Shown piece after piece: positions 33,589 through 43,271 of a stretch of 62,568 nucleotides of DNA. The stretch is taken from the sequence record DRR723986_3102. The stretch is one strand, 5' to 3'. Each line of letters starts with the position of its first letter. Position 1 is the first letter of the stretch. The translations under genes were made by a program, and so were the position numbers. The notes under the pieces were generated by a model. That model did no database searches. It was not told the DNA's origin and worked only from the letters and a program-made list of their open reading frames with translations.

Positions 33589-34656
33589 ATGCGCCTGATC
33601 CTGGCCACCCTGGTCTATAGCCTGCTCGCAGCCTGCAGCTCGACGCCGCCCATTCCGGACCCGGTGCTGGCCGGCACCGAGCTGGAGGGTTTTATCCAGA
33701 CCCAGGAACTGCGCGACCGGCGCGGCCGCTTCCGCGAGGTCCTGTGTACGGTACTGGAGAAACACGGCGAAGCCCTGCCCGACTACCGCAGCTGCAGTGA
33801 GGCCCTGACCCTGGTGGGTTCGGAGGCGGGAGCCAGCGGCGAGCCGGTTACCCTCGATCGCAGTAACAATGACTTCCTGGTGCTGATGATTCCCGGACTT
33901 GGCTGGGACTGTTTCGCCAATTGGCTGGATCTCGACGGCAGCGCTCCAGAGCATGCGGCCAGCCAGGGTTTTGAAGTCCGCTCGGTTCCCGTACAGGGCC
34001 TGGCGAGCAGTGCCATCAACGCCGGGATCATCAACGATTTCGTAGTCGCGCTGCCGCCGGAAGACCGGGAGCGGCCGCTGATTCTCGTCGGCTACTCAAA
34101 GGGTACACCCGACCTGCTGGAAGCCCTGGTCGACTATCCCGCGGTGCGTGACCAGACCGTCGCGGTGGTCAGCCTGGCGGGCGCGGTCAGAGGGTCACCG
34201 CTGGCGGACGATGCCAGCCAGGCCCAGGCCAATATGCTGACCCTGGTGCCGGGTTCGAGCTGCGAGAAGCAGGAGGGGGAGAATGCGGCCGTCGACAGCC
34301 TGCGTACGGCTACCCGCGAACAGTGGCTGGCAGACAACCCGCTTCCCGAAGGGATCCGCTACTACTCGGTGGTGACCTTTCCCCACCCTGACCGGGTATC
34401 CTGGGGCTTGGAGAATGCCTACCTCCTGCTGGGCAAGCAGGATCTGAGAAACGACACCCAGGTGATCGTCTTCGACCAGGTGATCCCGGGCTCAACGCTC
34501 ACCGCCTTCGTCAACGCCGACCACTGGGCCATTGCCGTACCGGTCGCCCGCCACCATCCGCTGATCGGCAAGACTGTGGTCAATCACAATGACTACCCGA
34601 GGGAAGCGCTGCTGGAAGCCCTGCTGCGCTTCGTCGAGGAAGACCTGGCGCCCTGA
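33589..34656 (+). CDS. lipoprotein alpha/beta-hydrolase (lipase-like)
   Basis: lipobox LLAAC; GYSKG nucleophile elbow, GSPLAD, ND and DHW candidate triad residues. Confidence 0.75.
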   Translation: MRLILATLVYSLLAACSSTPPIPDPVLAGTELEGFIQTQELRDRRGRFREVLCTVLEKHGEALPDYRSCSEALTLVGSEAGASGEPVTLDRSNNDFLVLMIPGLGWDCFANWLDLDGSAPEHAASQGFEVRSVPVQGLASSAINAGIINDFVVALPPEDRERPLILVGYSKGTPDLLEALVDYPAVRDQTVAVVSLAGAVRGSPLADDASQAQANMLTLVPGSSCEKQEGENAAVDSLRTATREQWLADNPLPEGIRYYSVVTFPHPDRVSWGLENAYLLLGKQDLRNDTQVIVFDQVIPGSTLTAFVNADHWAIAVPVARHHPLIGKTVVNHNDYPREALLEALLRFVEEDLAP

Positions 34657-35457
34657 CTAGGCCGCCCGTCGGGCGATAGACTTCTCCAGCTCATCGTGCA
34701 GAGCCAGGTACTGGCCGGTCAGCTTATGGCTGGGCGCCAGGTCGATCAGCGGGCGGTGATCCCGATGGGATTCCTTCATCTTTACTGAGGAATTGAGGTA
34801 GGTCGACAAAACCGGGTAACCCTCCTCCTCCAGCTCCGCCACCAGCTCGGCGGGCAGGCGCGCCTGGCTGTTGAACTGGTTGATGACGATGCCTTCGATT
34901 TCCAACTCGGGATTGTGGTCTTCCTGCAGTTCCGCGATGTTGTCCATCAGCGAATACAGGCTCTGGCGGGCAAACGTATCGCAGTCGAAGGGCACCAGCA
35001 CCGTATCAGCTGCAATCAGCGCCGACTTGGAATAGAAATTGAAATTGGGCGGGGTATCGATATAGATCCGGTCGTATTCCTCATTCAGCTTGTCCAGCGC
35101 GTCCCGCAGCTTGTAAATCTTGTAGCGCGACTCAAGCTCCTTCTCCATCGCCGTCAGCACGGGACTGGAGGGCATCAGGAACAGGTTCTCGTAGGGGGTT
35201 TCCCAGACGAAAGAATCCGGGTTCTGGCGCATCTTGCGCGAGCCCACCGTCTGCTTGAACAGGCCGGCGACTCCCTGGGCTTCCGCCGGGAACGCCTCGG
35301 CGTCAATTTCACCAACCAGGTAGTGGGTGGTATTACCCTGCACGTCGAGGTCGACCACCAGGGTTCGATAGCCCATGGCGGCGCCGATGGCCGCGAGATT
35401 ACAGGTAATGCTGGTCTTGCCGACCCCGCCTTTCTGGTTGAAAACAACGCGTCTCAT
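34657..35457 (-). CDS. orphan ParA-family ATPase
   Basis: NQKGGVGKT, DLDVQGN, IDTPP; no adjacent parB. Confidence 0.92.
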   Translation of the reverse strand: MRRVVFNQKGGVGKTSITCNLAAIGAAMGYRTLVVDLDVQGNTTHYLVGEIDAEAFPAEAQGVAGLFKQTVGSRKMRQNPDSFVWETPYENLFLMPSSPVLTAMEKELESRYKIYKLRDALDKLNEEYDRIYIDTPPNFNFYSKSALIAADTVLVPFDCDTFARQSLYSLMDNIAELQEDHNPELEIEGIVINQFNSQARLPAELVAELEEEGYPVLSTYLNSSVKMKESHRDHRPLIDLAPSHKLTGQYLALHDELEKSIARRAA

Positions 35458-35561
35458 GCTACTGGCACCGCTTGTAGGGTGGAGGAATGGAACGCCCCGA
35501 GTTTAATAAATCGCCGTGGCTAATGTAAGCGCCTGCCGGCAAAAGCCACGCAACTTGCGGG

Positions 35562-36728
35562 TCAGGTAGCCCAAACCCGCTGGTACAGGTCAACGATCTC
35601 AGCGGCGTCGGGAACCCGCGGGTTGTTGGCCGGGGAGCCGGAGGCGAGTGCCTGCTCCGCCATGGTCGGCAGGGAGGCGAACCAGTCCGCCTCGGCAATA
35701 CCGTAGGCCGCCGGACCGGGCACCGACAGGTCGGCGTTGAGCCTGCGCAGTCCCTCCACCAGCTTCGACACCGCCAGCGCGTCACTGTCAGCCGCTTCCG
35801 CCATACCCATGTGGCGCGCGCAGTCAGCGTAGCGCTGCTGTGCATGCCCCACGGACCAGGCGGTGATTTCCGGCAGCAACATGGCATTGCTCAGACCATG
35901 GGGAACATGAAACAGCGCGCCGATCGGGCGGCTCATACCATGGATAAGCGTCACCGAGGCATTGGCAAAAGCGATGCCGCCCTGGGTTGCCGCCAACATC
36001 ATCGCCTCCCGGGCAGCGCGATTATCCGGTTCCGCGCAGGCGGTGCGGATATTGCCGGCAATGGTGCGCATGGCAGTCAGCGCAATACTGTCAGTAAACG
36101 GGTTGGCCTTGCGGCTGACATAGGCTTCAAGAGCGTGGCACAGGCTGTCTATTCCGGTGTCGGCGGTTAGCCGGTAGGGCATGCTCAGGGTCAATTCGTA
36201 ATCCACCAGGGCGGCCTGCGGCATCAGGCCCAGCCCCATGCACAGCATCTTCTCCTGGGTTTCGGTATCGGTAATCACCGCCACCCGGGTAGCCTCGGAC
36301 CCGGTCCCTGCCGTGGTGGGAATTGCCACAATGGGCAGGCCGGTGTCGATCACCTGCGGCACCTTGTAGTCGCGCATCGGACCCTCGCGCAGGGCCAGCA
36401 CGGCTACTGCCTTGGCAGTATCGAGGGAACTGCCGCCACCCAGGGCCACCACACCGTCGTGAGAGCCTTGCCGTAAGGCAGCGAGCGCCGCGGCGACGCT
36501 GTCGGTGGTCGGATCGGGCACACAGTCGGCGAACAGCCCGTGCTCGACCCCGGCGGCGCGCAGCGCCTCCTGCAGGCGCCCGGCGTAGCCGCACTCCACC
36601 ATGAACGGATCAGTAACCAGCAGTGGACAGCCAAGGCCCAGCTCGCGCAGGGTAGGCACCAGTTCGCCGCTGGCGCCGGCGCCAACGCGCAGAATCCGCG
36701 GCAGGTTGATATTGGCGGCTTGAGTCAT
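35562..36728 (-). CDS. iron-containing alcohol dehydrogenase
   Basis: GGGSSLD, PTTAGTGSE, DSLCHALE, HGMS, HGLSN. Confidence 0.93.
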   Translation of the reverse strand: MTQAANINLPRILRVGAGASGELVPTLRELGLGCPLLVTDPFMVECGYAGRLQEALRAAGVEHGLFADCVPDPTTDSVAAALAALRQGSHDGVVALGGGSSLDTAKAVAVLALREGPMRDYKVPQVIDTGLPIVAIPTTAGTGSEATRVAVITDTETQEKMLCMGLGLMPQAALVDYELTLSMPYRLTADTGIDSLCHALEAYVSRKANPFTDSIALTAMRTIAGNIRTACAEPDNRAAREAMMLAATQGGIAFANASVTLIHGMSRPIGALFHVPHGLSNAMLLPEITAWSVGHAQQRYADCARHMGMAEAADSDALAVSKLVEGLRRLNADLSVPGPAAYGIAEADWFASLPTMAEQALASGSPANNPRVPDAAEIVDLYQRVWAT

Positions 36729-36739
36729 CGGGGTCAGGA

Positions 36740-37372
36740 TCAGTCCTTCACTTCGATCAGGTGGATATCGAACACCAGGGCAGTATTGGGCGGTATCGTG
36801 TCACCCGCGCCCTGCTCCCCGTAGGCCAGGGTCGGCGGGCAGGCAATACGCCATTTGTCGCCGGGTGACATCAACTGCAGGGCTTCAGTCCAACCGGGGA
36901 TGACCTGGTTCACCGCAAACTCTGCCGGCGTGCCACGCTCTACCGAGCTATCAAACACCGAACCATCGACAAAGGTGCCGTGATAATGCGTGACCACGGT
37001 GGACTGCGGCCCGGGACTCTGCCCCTCCCCCGAAGCCAGCACCTCGTACTGCAGGCCGCTGGCGGTGGTGGTCACCTCCTCGCGGGCGGCATTGGCGGCG
37101 AGGAACTGGTCCGCCAGCTGGCTGCGCTGCTCTGACAGTTTCGCGGCATGGGCCTGGGCCTTGTCCTGAATCGCCTGGTAGCTCGGGTTGAGCTCTGCAT
37201 CCGACAACTCGCTCTGCTGGTGGTCATACCAGTGCCGGATACCGGCCACGACTGCCTCGAGATCGAGCCCGTCGAACTGGTTACGGCGCAACTGGTCGCC
37301 AAATTGCAGGCCGAAACCGTAGCTGACCTTCTGCTCGTCTGTTTGCAGTTCGACCTCGGGAAGTAGTGCCAT
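36740..37372 (-). CDS. fklB: FKBP-type peptidyl-prolyl isomerase (FklB-like)
   Basis: SYGFG N-domain, SGLQYEV, HYHG, FDSS, VIPGWTEAL, LAYG. Confidence 0.85.
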   Translation of the reverse strand: MALLPEVELQTDEQKVSYGFGLQFGDQLRRNQFDGLDLEAVVAGIRHWYDHQQSELSDAELNPSYQAIQDKAQAHAAKLSEQRSQLADQFLAANAAREEVTTTASGLQYEVLASGEGQSPGPQSTVVTHYHGTFVDGSVFDSSVERGTPAEFAVNQVIPGWTEALQLMSPGDKWRIACPPTLAYGEQGAGDTIPPNTALVFDIHLIEVKD

Positions 37373-37440
37373 GGGAATTTTCCGCTATGCTGAATGTCGT
37401 GGCACCTTACCATAATCAGACCCTCTCGAAGACGCCCGCC

Positions 37441-38031
37441 ATGGCAGCGCAGGTCGAGGCTGTCCACAGTTTCTGGTTCGGCGCGCTGGATGCAGACGGG
37501 ATGGCCGCCACTGATCGCCACAGCCGCTGGTTTCGCAAGAGTGTGGAAACCGACCGGCAGTGCCGCGAGCAGTTCGGCGCACTGGTGGAGGCTGCGCTCG
37601 CCGGAGAGCTCGACAGCTGGCCAGGGTCGGACCGCGGTCTGGTCGCGCTAATCCTGTTGCTGGACCAGTTCACCCGCAACATCTATCGGGATACGGCGCG
37701 TGCATTCAGTGGCGATACGCAGGCCCTGGAGCTGGCGCGACGCACTATCGACAGCGGCCGCTATCACGATCTGCCCACCATCCACCGGGTATTCATCCTG
37801 CTGCCGCTGGAACACGCGGAAGATCTGGCGACCCAGGAGAGCTGTGTCACCCTGTTCGAGGCGCTGGCCAGGACCAGCGGTCATCCGCAACTGGCCGATT
37901 TCTGCCGTTACGCGAAGGCGCACCGGGAGGTGATCGCCCGTTTCGGACGTTTCCCCCACCGCAATATCCTGCTGGGCCGCAGCTCAAGCGAAGCCGAGAT
38001 CGACTACCTGTCCAATCATGGAGGATTCTGA
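37441..38031 (+). CDS. DUF924 family protein
   Basis: FWFG, LLDQFTRNIYR, PLEHAE, RFGRFPHRN. Confidence 0.9.
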   Translation: MAAQVEAVHSFWFGALDADGMAATDRHSRWFRKSVETDRQCREQFGALVEAALAGELDSWPGSDRGLVALILLLDQFTRNIYRDTARAFSGDTQALELARRTIDSGRYHDLPTIHRVFILLPLEHAEDLATQESCVTLFEALARTSGHPQLADFCRYAKAHREVIARFGRFPHRNILLGRSSSEAEIDYLSNHGGF

Positions 38032-38033
38032 CG

Positions 38034-38555
38034 ATGCGTCACGTCACCCTGCTGTTCCTGCTGCTGCTTGCCCAGGCGGCCATCGCCCAACCGGCCGCGC
38101 CCTTTGACTGCCAGCAATCCGCAGACCATCGGGCCTTCGATTTCTGGCTCGGGCAATGGGCGGTTCACGACAGCAAGGGCACGCTGCAGGGAACCAACCA
38201 GATCACCAGCGTACAGAACGGTTGCGCGGTCCAGGAACAATGGCGCAGCGTCCGCGGCGGCACCGGCCAAAGTATCAACTACTACCATCCCGAGCAGGAC
38301 AGGTGGCACCAGCTCTGGCACGACGCGGGTGCCAGCATTATCGATATCCGCGGCGGGATGGAGGCGGGATCGATGACCCTCACCGGCACCATTGTCTACC
38401 TGAATGACCAGCACAAAAGGGCTTTTCGGGGCACCTGGACGCCCCTACCCGACGGCCGGGTGCGCCAGTATTTCGAGGAGCAGGATGATGCCGGGGTATG
38501 GCAGCCCTGGTTCGAGGGCTTCTACAGCCGCTCGGATACCGGCGCGCGCGAGTAG
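38034..38555 (+). CDS. secreted hypothetical protein (beta-barrel, DUF1579-like)
   Basis: signal peptide; FDFWLGQW, W..WFEG.Y motifs; RBS GGAGG. Confidence 0.7.
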   Translation: MRHVTLLFLLLLAQAAIAQPAAPFDCQQSADHRAFDFWLGQWAVHDSKGTLQGTNQITSVQNGCAVQEQWRSVRGGTGQSINYYHPEQDRWHQLWHDAGASIIDIRGGMEAGSMTLTGTIVYLNDQHKRAFRGTWTPLPDGRVRQYFEEQDDAGVWQPWFEGFYSRSDTGARE

Positions 38556-39106
38556 TGGTCGCCCGTCATCTCCGTTTCCCAGACGCTGAAGACGCCGGCA
38601 TCGAGGTCGTCATAGGCCTGGCTGATGGCGTCGTTGACCTCGGGATAGGCCACCTCGTCCCAGGGACACTCCTGGCGACTGAAATACGCCGCCGCCATCG
38701 ACTCGGACCCCGGGGCCACCGCATCTGAGTCCACCTCGGCGCGAAAGGCAATGAATACCTGGTCAATAAAGGTGATGGTGCCGGTCATATACAGCTGCAG
38801 CTGCTCCGGCGGCACAATCACGCCGGACTCCTCACGCAGCTCACGGGCGGCGCCCTGCGCCAGGGTTTCCCCGCTTTCCAAAAATCCACCGGGTATGGCC
38901 CAGCTGCCGCGCTTGGGCTCGATATTGCGCTGCACCCAGAGCAGGCGTTTGCCACAGGCCACGAAGCAGGTCACCACGATCATCGGAAAGGCATAGCGCT
39001 GCTCACCACAGGTCTCGCAGTACCAGTGATTGCGCGGCTCGCCGCCGATCACACTGGGCACCAGCGCAGACCCGCACTGCGGGCAGAACGTCAGTTTGGC
39101 CACCAT
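38522..39106 (-). CDS. zinc-ribbon NUDIX hydrolase
   Basis: FCPQCG...CETCG; Nudix box GGFLESGETLAQGAARELREESG. Confidence 0.9.
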   Translation of the reverse strand: MVAKLTFCPQCGSALVPSVIGGEPRNHWYCETCGEQRYAFPMIVVTCFVACGKRLLWVQRNIEPKRGSWAIPGGFLESGETLAQGAARELREESGVIVPPEQLQLYMTGTITFIDQVFIAFRAEVDSDAVAPGSESMAAAYFSRQECPWDEVAYPEVNDAISQAYDDLDAGVFSVWETEMTGDHYSRAPVSERL

Positions 39107-39201
39107 GCCAACTCCTTCACTACCTGCCGCGAACATAGCACTTTGCCCGCGGGAAAGCATTGGCGCTATGCTTGCACCCCCGCACCTGGAGCGATACCAA
39201 C

Positions 39202-40494
39202 ATGACCGAACCGGCTTTCACCGTGCAGCTGCTGTTGACCGGCAGCGAGATCATGAGCGGTGACACCATCGACTCCAACTCCGCGCTCATCGCCCAACGA
39301 CTGGCCGAGACCGGCCTCAGCGTCTTCCGCAAGGTGACCGTGGGCGACGATCGGGCCCTGCTGCAGGCAGAACTGGCGCAGATGGCAGAACAGGCGGACC
39401 TCATTATTGTCAACGGCGGCCTGGGCCCGACGGTGGATGACCTGACTGCCGAAATCCTGGCGGCAGTGGCCGGCGTTACCTTGGAAGAACACCCGGATGC
39501 CCTGGCCCACCTCGAAACCTGGTGTGCCCGGCGCAAGCTGCCGCTTAATGCAGCCAATCGCAAACAGGCCCTGCTCCCCGCGGGCTGCCGGATAATCCCG
39601 AATCCCATCGGCAGCGCGGTGGGCTTCGAGCTCGCGGTCGGCACGTGCCGGATCATGTGTACTCCCGGGGTGCCCGGCGAACTTCGCGCCATGCTCGACA
39701 CCATCGTGACCGAGCTGGCCAACGCCCTGGGGCAGGCCAGCGAGCGCGATATCCTGCGCCTGCAAACTTTCGGCCTGGGTGAGTCCAGCGCCCAGCAACT
39801 GATCGCCGACCACCTGCCGGACTGGCCGGCTGAGGTGGAGCTCGGCTTTCGCGCCGGTGCACCGCAAATGGAGATCAAACTCACCGTCGACCGCACAGCC
39901 CACCTGCCCCTGCGCGATCGCTGCCGTGAGCAGCTGGAAACCCTGTTCGGCGATCACATCATCGGCACCGGAGACAGCTTGCTCGCGGAACAGGTGCTCG
40001 CCCTGCTACGCGAGCGAGAGGCCACCCTGGCCACGGCGGAGTCCTGCACCGGCGGCCTGATCGCGTCCATGCTGACCCGCATCCCGGGCTCCTCCGACGG
40101 TTTTCACGCGGGCTTCGTGACCTACGCCGATGACATCAAGCACCGCATCCTCGGCGTGGCGGAAGCCACCCTGGCGCAGCATGGCGCGGTCAGTGAAGCG
40201 GTAGTCCGGGAAATGGCCCTGGGGGCCATGGCCCGCGCCAACGCCGATTATGCGATCGCGGTATCCGGCATCGCCGGGCCCGATGGCGGCACTCCGGACA
40301 AGCCGGTAGGCACGGTATGGCTGAGCTGGGGGAGTCGCGAAGACCTGCGCACCGCCTGCCTCTGCTGGCCGGTCGAACGCACCCTGTTCCAGACCATGGT
40401 CGCGGCGGCGGGGCTGGATATGATCCGGCGCACGCTGCTCGGACTCCCCGGGGAGCCGCGCTATTTCGACCAGCGGCGGGTACGCCCGGCCTAG
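39202..40494 (+). CDS. cinA: CinA-family protein (MoCF-like + NMN deamidase PncC)
   Basis: GSEIMSG..DSNS, GGLGPTVDDLT, AESCTGG, GAVS, SGIAGPDGG. Confidence 0.9.
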   Translation: MTEPAFTVQLLLTGSEIMSGDTIDSNSALIAQRLAETGLSVFRKVTVGDDRALLQAELAQMAEQADLIIVNGGLGPTVDDLTAEILAAVAGVTLEEHPDALAHLETWCARRKLPLNAANRKQALLPAGCRIIPNPIGSAVGFELAVGTCRIMCTPGVPGELRAMLDTIVTELANALGQASERDILRLQTFGLGESSAQQLIADHLPDWPAEVELGFRAGAPQMEIKLTVDRTAHLPLRDRCREQLETLFGDHIIGTGDSLLAEQVLALLREREATLATAESCTGGLIASMLTRIPGSSDGFHAGFVTYADDIKHRILGVAEATLAQHGAVSEAVVREMALGAMARANADYAIAVSGIAGPDGGTPDKPVGTVWLSWGSREDLRTACLCWPVERTLFQTMVAAAGLDMIRRTLLGLPGEPRYFDQRRVRPA

Positions 40495-40958
40495 CCTTCG
40501 CTCACCGGCACCGACTCTTCCAGCCCGGGAATCTTGTGCCAGACCAGAGAGTGGAAGCGGGTCACCTCACCCACCTGGTCCTTGCCGCTGAGCACCAGGG
40601 TATGGCCATCCAGCTCCGCATGGCGCAGCTGCTCGGTGCCGGGGAAATTCGGGTTGAGGCTCTGGCTTACGTAGTGGATGACATCGCCATCGACCACCCG
40701 GTAGCGCCCCGCATAGTGAAAGTAACTGAGGAAAGCTGCCGCCTGCTGGCCCTCCGGTAGCTTGCGGAACGGCACCTCCTCCGGCAGCCGCTCGCGGTCA
40801 GGGCGACAGATCGAGGCACTCATCCAGCCGTCTTCGGTATACATCAACAGGCCCTGGGGGTCTTCGCCGAAAGGGTTACTGAAGTCTTCAGTGCTGGAAT
40901 AGCCGATGGTCCAGGATTCCAGCTGCCAGGTGCCCAGTAACTCGCGCTTGCTGATCAT
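40491..40958 (-). CDS. lipocalin-like domain protein
   Basis: LLGTWQLESW, GLLMYTEDGWMS, YAGRY. Confidence 0.8.
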   Translation of the reverse strand: MISKRELLGTWQLESWTIGYSSTEDFSNPFGEDPQGLLMYTEDGWMSASICRPDRERLPEEVPFRKLPEGQQAAAFLSYFHYAGRYRVVDGDVIHYVSQSLNPNFPGTEQLRHAELDGHTLVLSGKDQVGEVTRFHSLVWHKIPGLEESVPVSEG

Positions 40959-40968
40959 AGTGCGTCCC

Positions 40969-41613
40969 TCACGGTTGCAGTTGTTCGATATCCCAGTGCT
41001 GCTCATCGCGCCGTGTGTAGAGGAAGCGATCGTGCAGCCGGTGTTCACCGCCCTGCCAGAACTCGATCCGGTCCGGGATGACCCGGTAACCCCCCCAGAA
41101 ATCCGGCATCGGGATCTCGCCATCGCCGAACTTGCGCTGCATGGCCTTGACCTGCTCCTCGAGCAGGGCGCGGGCAGAAATGGGATGGCTCTGCCTGGAG
41201 GCCCAGGCCGCCAGCTGGCTTTCGCGAGGGCGACTGAGAAAATAGCGCGCCGATTCGACCGTGGACATCCGCTCGACAGTACCGCCCACAATCACCTGGC
41301 GATCCAGCAGGTTCCAGGGAAACAGCAGCGATACCCGGGGCTCTGCCTGCATGGCCCGGGCCTTGGCGCTGGCGTGGTTGGTGTAAAACACGAAGCCCCG
41401 GGTGGATACACCTTTCAGCAGGACAATGCGCTGCCAGGGCCTGCCCTCGACATCGATAGTCGCCAGGGACATTGCCGTCGGGTCCTTAAGCTCGGCACGC
41501 ACCGCCTGGGTCAGCCACTTTTCAAACTGGCTTATCGGGCAATCGTCCAGCATCTCACGGCTGAGCCCACCGGCCACGTACTCCCGCCGGAAATCCTCGT
41601 ATCGCACAGGCAA
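40969..41613 (-). CDS. pdxH: pyridoxine/pyridoxamine 5'-phosphate oxidase
   Basis: RIVLLK, FYTN..S.K, RPRESQ, EFWQGGEHRLHDR. Confidence 0.96.
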   Translation of the reverse strand: MPVRYEDFRREYVAGGLSREMLDDCPISQFEKWLTQAVRAELKDPTAMSLATIDVEGRPWQRIVLLKGVSTRGFVFYTNHASAKARAMQAEPRVSLLFPWNLLDRQVIVGGTVERMSTVESARYFLSRPRESQLAAWASRQSHPISARALLEEQVKAMQRKFGDGEIPMPDFWGGYRVIPDRIEFWQGGEHRLHDRFLYTRRDEQHWDIEQLQP

Positions 41614-41673
41614 TCCCTGCTAACCTCTTGTCGTTAATAGTAGCCACGCCAACCGGGGGAGGCAAAAGCGCTG

Positions 41674-42279
41674 ATGAGCCGTCACGCACCGCTGATCAGG
41701 GACGCGACCCGCGAAGACCTCAGCACCCTGGTCGATACCCTGAGCGACAGCTTCGCCAACGACCCGATTCTCACCTGGGTCATGCCGGAGGCCTCCGTGT
41801 ACCCCGATTTTTTCGGCCTGATCACCGAAGAGGTGTACCTGCCCCGGGGTATTACCCACATCGAGGACCAGGGTCGCGGCGCCGCCCTGTGGCTGCCCCC
41901 CGGCGAGCGCTTCGAGATACCGCCACGCTGGGCCATGTTCAGCATGATCGCCCGCCTGGTGCTGAAGCGGGGCCCGGCGCCACTGGCGCGTATCCGGCGG
42001 CAGGGTGCCCTGTTCGCCCGTCATCACCCGCAGGAACCTCATTACTACCTGCAATTCATTGGCTGCCGCCAGCGGGACCAGGGCCAGGGGGTAGGCGCAG
42101 CCCTGCTCAAGCAAGGCACCCGGACCTGCGACGAGGAAGGCGTCCCCGCCTACCTGGAAAGCTCAAACAGTCGCAATGTGCCGCTCTACCAGCGGCACGG
42201 CTTTGAGGTCATCGCTGAGGCAGATATTCCCGGAGGCGGCCCGAGGGCGTGGTTCATGTGGCGTGAACCGCGCACCTGA
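41674..42279 (+). CDS. GNAT N-acetyltransferase
   Basis: QGQGVG acetyl-CoA motif, AYLESS, YQRHGF. Confidence 0.9.
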   Translation: MSRHAPLIRDATREDLSTLVDTLSDSFANDPILTWVMPEASVYPDFFGLITEEVYLPRGITHIEDQGRGAALWLPPGERFEIPPRWAMFSMIARLVLKRGPAPLARIRRQGALFARHHPQEPHYYLQFIGCRQRDQGQGVGAALLKQGTRTCDEEGVPAYLESSNSRNVPLYQRHGFEVIAEADIPGGGPRAWFMWREPRT

Positions 42280-42283
42280 GCTG

Positions 42284-42838
42284 TCAGTAAGGCGGGAACT
42301 CGGCGAAGATTGCCGCCGCGGCCTCACGCCGATTGGCGGCTGATTTCTCGGGATCAGGCTGCGGCTTGAGCCGGGACTCGATAATCGAACGCCACACAGA
42401 GCGGTTACGCGCCGGGTCGATCATGTCGACGATGAAGGTGCCCTGGGTGTACTGGGTAACGCTCACATCCGACACGCTGGGACCGCAACGCCAGCAGTTA
42501 TAGTAGCTGGCCGAGTTATAGCTACGCACATCGGTGCGCTCCTGGGTTACCAGGTGCCAGGTCATCAGGACATCAGCAGCGCTATTGTCCTCGACCACGC
42601 GAAAGCCCTTGCGCTCCAGTTCATCGGACAGCGCAACGTTGATCCTGTCCACCTGCATGTCGGAAATTTTCACCGAGGCAACGTCACTGCGGGTGAAGGG
42701 CTGGATCCCGATGGTCTTGACGGCACTAAAGTCGAAGCTGTCATCGAAATCCATGTTGGCCACCAGCGGGCTGGCGCAGGCGTTGAGCAGGGCAAGCAAG
42801 GTCATGGCGGCGGCGGCCCGGATTAATCTAAGCATCAT
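42284..42838 (-). CDS. DUF4136-like lipoprotein
   Basis: lipobox LNAC; YTQGTFIVDMID...VWR. Confidence 0.8.
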   Translation of the reverse strand: MMLRLIRAAAAMTLLALLNACASPLVANMDFDDSFDFSAVKTIGIQPFTRSDVASVKISDMQVDRINVALSDELERKGFRVVEDNSAADVLMTWHLVTQERTDVRSYNSASYYNCWRCGPSVSDVSVTQYTQGTFIVDMIDPARNRSVWRSIIESRLKPQPDPEKSAANRREAAAAIFAEFPPY

Positions 42839-42872
42839 GGGATATCTCTCCAGAAAAGTTCGCCAATTATAG

Positions 42873-43178
42873 TCAATCGGAAGTTGAAGGGTAGACTGGG
42901 GCTCGCGCCATAAAACCCGGGATCTCCGGGAACGGGTGCAAGGCCTGCCAGTCGGGACCCAGGTCATCGGCGATGGCCCTGCCGAAGGCAGCGCGGTACG
43001 CGGCATCCATCGCCGCGACCAGTTCGCTCTCGCTGCCGAGACCGGCCAGCACCGCCGCTTCCATCATACCCTCCGCCCGCAGTCGCTGCCCGGGAGGCAG
43101 GTCATCACCTCCCGCCAGGCGCTCGAACATCGCCCGCCAGCGGGCCTCCAGTTCAGTCAACAACACCGTCATACTCAC
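42873..43178 (-). CDS. hypothetical protein
   Basis: ~100-aa ORF, co-oriented with the DUF4136 gene, ends RAPVYPST. Confidence 0.65.
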   Translation of the reverse strand: MSMTVLLTELEARWRAMFERLAGGDDLPPGQRLRAEGMMEAAVLAGLGSESELVAAMDAAYRAAFGRAIADDLGPDWQALHPFPEIPGFMARAPVYPSTSD

Positions 43179-43271
43179 TCCCCATCACAGGCTGCCGCAA
43201 CCGCGCAGGCCAGTGGGCTTGAACCCTTAAACAGGGTAACCTCTGCGCTCTCAAGTGCAACGGGTACTACT

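Noticed and set aside
34657-35457. Plasmid or prophage partition module
   Set aside because: Orphan parA amid housekeeping genes; no parB, rep, integrase or phage genes
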